Origin: Escherichia phage JLBYU24
Sequence record: OK272476.1
Direction: 5' to 3' (one strand)
Length of the DNA stretch: 64,000 bases
Shown: piece after piece, positions 59,104 to 64,000 of the stretch
Layout of the letters: each line of letters begins with the position of its first letter
Numbering within the stretch: position 1 is the first letter of the stretch
Translations under genes and position numbers: made by a program
The notes under the pieces: model-generated
What the model saw: only the letters and a program-made list of their open reading frames with translations
What the model was told of the DNA's origin: nothing
The model's database searches: none

Positions 59104-59641
59104 TTACTATTTCCAAAAGTTTATTATTTTTAAGGTAATTAGCCTTTTCTAGGACTTCAGAAGCATATTTAGAACCTGCTTTAACATTCCATCCCGAATT
59201 ATAAGAGGATATTGCTTTTCTTATATCGCCCTTATGTATATTTAACCAATAAGAAAGTTCAATGTACGCCCAGGAAGCTGAATTGGACCGTTTATTCAAC
59301 ATTCTTTTTATTTCAGCATCGGTCATATTATAACCAAGTTCCTTAACTCTTGCTCGCATAGTAGGCAAATAATTTTGGAACATTCCATAAGCGTGATGCT
59401 TTGGTTTAGATTTTAAATTAACTCCGCCAGAGCTTTCTTGCCATAAAATAGCAGCCATTATATGACCTAATCCGCTCTTGTGGATATTTTTGTGTGTTTT
59501 ATATTTTCCATCCTTAGAAAACTGTTCCCCGAATTGATACGCGTAACGCATGTTATCGAGTTGGACATTACTGAAAGTATGCTCGGAGCTATGTGCCATC
59601 ATTGAAATGGCCAATAGACCAGCGAGTAGTGCTTTTCTCAT
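59096..59641 (-). CDS. periplasmic lytic transglycosylase-like protein
   Basis: 181 aa; signal peptide; SLT-like motifs LWQESSGG, AYGMFQ, SSYNSG. Confidence 0.55.
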   Translation of the reverse strand: MRKALLAGLLAISMMAHSSEHTFSNVQLDNMRYAYQFGEQFSKDGKYKTHKNIHKSGLGHIMAAILWQESSGGVNLKSKPKHHAYGMFQNYLPTMRARVKELGYNMTDAEIKRMLNKRSNSASWAYIELSYWLNIHKGDIRKAISSYNSGWNVKAGSKYASEVLEKANYLKNNKLLEIVND

Positions 59642-59648
59642 GCTTACC

Positions 59649-60110
59649 TCATTGAGTTTTAATTACTGCTTTAGAAGCCTTTCCTGGTAAACGACGACTG
59701 TTAATAATTGCCATCCTGCATTGAAGCGACGGGTCTTTGAACTTCGCATTAGGTTTACAAACTGTAAACCCAAGCCAAAGATTTCCATCTGTGATTTCTA
59801 AACGTCCAGGACGATATTCAACCCCATCAATAAAATCCTCGTCAATGTCAGGACGCGGAGGCATACTCAGGAATTCATTAACTTCTAAAACATGGTCTTT
59901 TATTTTGTGGAATAATTCAAAAACATATGTCTCATCAATCTCCCGTTGAATTGCACGATCAAGAAGATGCTGAGAATATTTTAGATGAAACGATGAGACC
60001 CCTGCTGCTTTTGATGCCTCACGAATCTCATTGTTAATTTGACGAAACTCCGACTCAAAATGACGACGAAGCTTATTTCGACGGATAAAAACTTCTGTAT
60101 TGATAGTCAT
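59649..60110 (-). CDS. regB: RegB endoribonuclease
   Basis: 153 aa; size and sequence match remembered T4 RegB. Confidence 0.8.
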   Translation of the reverse strand: MTINTEVFIRRNKLRRHFESEFRQINNEIREASKAAGVSSFHLKYSQHLLDRAIQREIDETYVFELFHKIKDHVLEVNEFLSMPPRPDIDEDFIDGVEYRPGRLEITDGNLWLGFTVCKPNAKFKDPSLQCRMAIINSRRLPGKASKAVIKTQ

Positions 60111-60137
60111 GTTATTCTCCTCTTAACTGATAGAAAA

Positions 60138-60167
60138 ATTATACCACAGTCAAGAGGAAAAGTAAAC
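60138..60167 (-). promoter_or_regulatory. T4-type early promoter
   Basis: minus strand GTTTAC-N18-TATAAT with tgtgg extension. Confidence 0.6.
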
Positions 60168-60169
60168 AG

Positions 60170-60490
60170 TTATTCTTTAAATCTAATCAATTTATTCATA
60201 GACTTTGAAACTTCTGCACGAACCTCATGTAAGTTTTTAAGCTGTTCAAGACGCTGCTCATAGTAAGCAATTTCATCTTCTTCGAGACAGTCCTGTGAAT
60301 CTTCTTTAAGATAACGTGCATAGTCCTGAAAAGCTTTACGGACTACTTCCTGGAAGTCATCAAGACTTTGAATTTTCTTAGGAGCGGCAGATACACGACG
60401 AGGTGCAGTATAATACTCATAACCAAACCCTGCACTTAATTGAGCCATTAGTATTTTTCCTCTGGTTGGAACACAGCACGGCAAGCCCAC
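60170..60490 (-). CDS. hypothetical protein
   Basis: 106-aa ORF. Confidence 0.4.
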   Translation of the reverse strand: MGLPCCVPTRGKILMAQLSAGFGYEYYTAPRRVSAAPKKIQSLDDFQEVVRKAFQDYARYLKEDSQDCLEEDEIAYYEQRLEQLKNLHEVRAEVSKSMNKLIRFKE

Positions 60491-60750
60491 ATACTTGCTT
60501 CTTTGAGTTTCGTTTTAGCAATAGTTAACTGATCGAGGCTTTCGGCGTAATTCTTCGCGAGTTCATCATCTTCACAGCTATCAAATGCTTCCCAAAATTC
60601 ATCGTATAAAGCATCAAAGATAAGTCCTAAACGAACTTCAGCGTCTTTAATAGCATTTACTTTACCGATTTTTTCGTCGGTATGCGGCTTATAACCTTTA
60701 ATGTCTTCAATCATATTTGACTTCCTCACCAGTACATAAATCATATTCAA
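60448..60750 (-). CDS. hypothetical protein
   Basis: 100-aa ORF. Confidence 0.4.
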   Translation of the reverse strand: MNMIYVLVRKSNMIEDIKGYKPHTDEKIGKVNAIKDAEVRLGLIFDALYDEFWEAFDSCEDDELAKNYAESLDQLTIAKTKLKEASMWACRAVFQPEEKY

Positions 60751-60928
60751 CTAAACGAATAGGTTCATGAATGCCATATCCCTGAACAGAAATTTCTGTC
60801 GTAGGATAAATTCCATCAATATCACCCATATTCCACGCTTCGTTAAATTGCTGTTCGCCTGAATTACTAAACCACTCGGCGAAAGCATTTAGCACATCTT
60901 TAGAACCTTCAATAATTATCTTTGCCAT
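60707..60928 (-). CDS. hypothetical protein
   Basis: 73-aa ORF. Confidence 0.4.
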   Translation of the reverse strand: MAKIIIEGSKDVLNAFAEWFSNSGEQQFNEAWNMGDIDGIYPTTEISVQGYGIHEPIRLVEYDLCTGEEVKYD

Positions 60929-61290
60929 TATAAGCTCTCAGTAAAGGTACGAGCAATAACGTCGCGCTGCTGTTCCGGAGTCAGAGAATTAAAGCGAACT
61001 GCATAACCTGATACACGGATGGTCAGCTGCGGATATTTTTCCGGATGCTTAACTGCATCTTCCAGAGTTTCACGACGCAGAACGTTAACGTTCAGGTGTT
61101 GACCACCTTCAATTTTAACTGTAGGCTGTGGCTCAATTTCAATTTCACGGGCATGCAAACCGTAGAAAATTTCTGGGTCTACAAAAGAGTCCTCTTTAAA
61201 GGTTTTAGAGACAATAATTCGTGCTTGAATACCATCTTCAAAATAAATAGTACCTTTATGTGTGCCTTCAAGAATTTGATATGCTTTCAT
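60928..61290 (-). CDS. autonomous glycyl radical cofactor (GrcA/YfiD-like)
   Basis: 120 aa; C-terminus [60 protein letters not shown] with RVSGYAV glycyl-radical motif. Confidence 0.8.
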   Translation of the reverse strand: MKAYQILEGTHKGTIYFEDGIQARIIVSKTFKEDSFVDPEIFYGLHAREIEIEPQPTVKIEGGQHLNVNVLRRETLEDAVKHPEKYPQLTIRVSGYAVRFNSLTPEQQRDVIARTFTESL

Positions 61291-61297
61291 ATAAACC

Positions 61298-61627
61298 TCA
61301 ATTAGAAAATAAATTTATCCAAGATTGTTCTTTAATTAAAAATGGCTCAGAATCATATGCCATTAAACTTTGGGTGATTAGTCCTTTAAAAGGCCCATCA
61401 ATAAATTCCATGGTAAAATATGGAATTTTATTCATTAGCCGTGCATTAGGAGCAGTGCACAAAACTCTGCATCCTTTGAATACGCCTTTTTGTAATTTGT
61501 ATTGCTTGGGATAAAATTCGCTTAAAATGTTATTATTTGCCAAAATTTCAAAATGATTTACCAATTTATTTTTAATAGTTTTTGGCGAAAAATAGAGATA
61601 TTCGAAAAGCTGTGTGTCTGTCATCAT
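61298..61627 (-). CDS. hypothetical protein
   Basis: ~109 aa from MMTDTQ; ATGATGA overlap with upstream stop. Confidence 0.4.
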   Translation of the reverse strand: MMTDTQLFEYLYFSPKTIKNKLVNHFEILANNNILSEFYPKQYKLQKGVFKGCRVLCTAPNARLMNKIPYFTMEFIDGPFKGLITQSLMAYDSEPFLIKEQSWINLFSN

Positions 61628-62166
61628 TGCATTCCGATTACGAAAAACTGTGGACGAGTAATACCACCAATGCAACATTTACTATTACAGCAGTAGTGTA
61701 CAGTGTCAATATGGACGCTATAAATCTTATCCATATCAGGAGATTTGACAGGCTCATCAATTATATACAAAATTCGCGAAAGCGATAAACCTCTGAACTT
61801 ACTTCCTTTATTACCAATAAAACTGCGCACAGAATCAGTAAATAAACGAAAACGTATATCATCATTAGAATAACGTGAAAATTCCTTTTTAATGTTATTT
61901 GCAGAAATTTTAGCGTAAGCTGAAGTATTAGAAAGAACAATAACTGTTCCGCCATCATACAGCCAATTAGCAGCAAAGTTAGTCACAGCAATTGATTTAC
62001 CGGATTGACGTCCACCATCTAGTCGAAGTGTACAATATTCTTTAAATAAATGCGACGAATCAGGTACATAAAATCCACTATTACAAATTTCTTCTACTCT
62101 AGCATCAGAATGGTGTGTAAAAGCATTCATCAGGGATAGATAAGGACCAGTTAAAAATGTTCTCAT
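61624..62166 (-). CDS. small P-loop protein
   Basis: Walker A-like GGRQSGKS; Walker B-like LYIIDEP; likely start MRTFLTG at 62166. Confidence 0.45.
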   Translation of the reverse strand: MRTFLTGPYLSLMNAFTHHSDARVEEICNSGFYVPDSSHLFKEYCTLRLDGGRQSGKSIAVTNFAANWLYDGGTVIVLSNTSAYAKISANNIKKEFSRYSNDDIRFRLFTDSVRSFIGNKGSKFRGLSLSRILYIIDEPVKSPDMDKIYSVHIDTVHYCCNSKCCIGGITRPQFFVIGMQ

Positions 62167-62307
62167 TTTATTCTCTCTAAATTTGGGCCATTCCGTGGCG
62201 CATGAATTGTCCATTTCTGTATTTACCCATTACCGCACTCAGGCTCGACCTTATCACAGGTTGGCGGGAATCCCTCACAGAATCATGAGGTCCAGCTTGT
62301 TCCCATA

Positions 62308-62781
62308 TTATTTGAACGATTTAACGTACTGAATAGAACCTTTACTATTCACAAAGGCAATTTTACCATTTTTATTATACATGGTAGCAGTACGTTGATA
62401 ACCATAAGTTTGTTTACCAGATTGATAACCAACTAATGCGAAATTATCTTCGCCCATTTTATTCTGTTTAGCGCGAATGCGTTCATGACCATGTGCCATA
62501 AGAACCTTAGCATCACCAGTTGCAATGGATCGACGAGTTTTTTCATCTTCAACTGTATTAACAAAGTCGTCAAATGAATCAAATTTAGCATGAGATTTAT
62601 TATACAATTTTCCATCTACTGCATAATTATATCCCTGTACATCCATCTCAACTTCTGTACCATCATCCAATACAGCAGTGATTTTTTGACCTTTTTTAAA
62701 TTTCAAAAGATCAGTAAAAGATTCAGCAATAATTTGAGAATTAATAGCTGCTTCAGTGATAAATTCTTGATATGTTTTCAT
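62308..62781 (-). CDS. capsid internal protein with capsid-targeting sequence
   Basis: 157 aa; N-terminus MKTYQEFITEA resembles T4 internal-protein CTS; basic. Confidence 0.65.
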   Translation of the reverse strand: MKTYQEFITEAAINSQIIAESFTDLLKFKKGQKITAVLDDGTEVEMDVQGYNYAVDGKLYNKSHAKFDSFDDFVNTVEDEKTRRSIATGDAKVLMAHGHERIRAKQNKMGEDNFALVGYQSGKQTYGYQRTATMYNKNGKIAFVNSKGSIQYVKSFK

Positions 62782-62790
62782 ATGTTTCCT

Positions 62791-63207
62791 TTAAATGTAA
62801 ATATTTTTACCGTAATACTTATACCAATGTGGTTTCATTAAAATTTTTTCATCAAGTCGTTGTTGACTCAATTTAATAGCTGATTTGCATGGATTATAAT
62901 CATTTTTCCATTCTACTGGAATATCGCTGATGTCAGGAACTTCAGTATCTTTTATACTGAACCCGCGTTTTAAGCATTCCGTTATAATGTCTAATTGACG
63001 CTTTCGCAAAAATTCTAACTTATCGTAAAAGAACGTAACATGACCAGAACCTAAAATAAACTCGGAAGATATTTTAAAATCTTTAACGCGCTTACCGTTT
63101 GCCACATGCTTACGAACTATACCAAAAACACGCGGCAATTCACGGTATTCTGCGATTAAATGTTGATCAGCAAGTTCAGATACTAAAGTCAAATTAATAC
63201 GAGTCAT
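62791..63207 (-). CDS. denV: endonuclease V (pyrimidine dimer DNA glycosylase)
   Basis: 138 aa; [17 protein letters not shown]...[10 protein letters not shown] matches remembered T4 DenV. Confidence 0.93.
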   Translation of the reverse strand: MTRINLTLVSELADQHLIAEYRELPRVFGIVRKHVANGKRVKDFKISSEFILGSGHVTFFYDKLEFLRKRQLDIITECLKRGFSIKDTEVPDISDIPVEWKNDYNPCKSAIKLSQQRLDEKILMKPHWYKYYGKNIYI

Positions 63208-63232
63208 TTTATCCCTCCAATTAACTGTGAAT

Positions 63233-63262
63233 ATACTATCACAATTCTAGGAGAAAGTAAAC
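63233..63262 (-). promoter_or_regulatory. T4-type early promoter-like element
   Basis: plus gtaaac 63257-63262; weaker -10 (TAGTAT). Confidence 0.4.
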
Positions 63263-63266
63263 AACT

Positions 63267-64000
<734 letters not shown>

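Overview
This window reads as the first ~64 kb of a T4-like (T-even, Tequatrovirus-type) phage genome, running from the 3' end of rIIA to lysozyme e and a partial downstream ORF. Almost every gene is on the minus strand, tightly packed with many ATGA/TAATG stop-start overlaps. Recognisable products include rIIA, topoisomerase, DexA, Dda, ModA/ModB, Soc, dCTPase, primase gp61, Dmd, helicase gp41, UvsX, dCMP hydroxymethylase gp42, DNA polymerase gp43, RegA, clamp loader and clamp (gp62/44/45), gp46/47, alpha-glucosyltransferase, gp55, NrdH/G/D, endonuclease VII, NrdC, thymidine kinase, rI, RegB, DenV and lysozyme. Intergenic regions carry T4-type early promoters (GTTTAC-N17/18-TATAAT-like on the minus strand) and CUUCGG-type hairpins. 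The topoisomerase gene is a single 606-codon ORF, nrdD is uninterrupted, and I found no homing-endonuclease ORFs, so the genome looks T2/T6-like rather than T4 itself. Gene assignments are from motifs, protein lengths, gene order and remembered T4 sequences; no database search was run. The best candidate for an undescribed system is a four-gene operon at 52420-55161 (two paralogs, a 3-TM membrane protein and a Pol-beta-type nucleotidyltransferase). Other leads are a macro-domain protein, a periplasmic lytic-transglycosylase-like protein, a P-loop ATPase, four tandem coiled-coil-tailed proteins, and a 54-aa ORF with a capsid-targeting-like N-terminus. No CRISPR array, tRNA, rRNA or integrase was seen.
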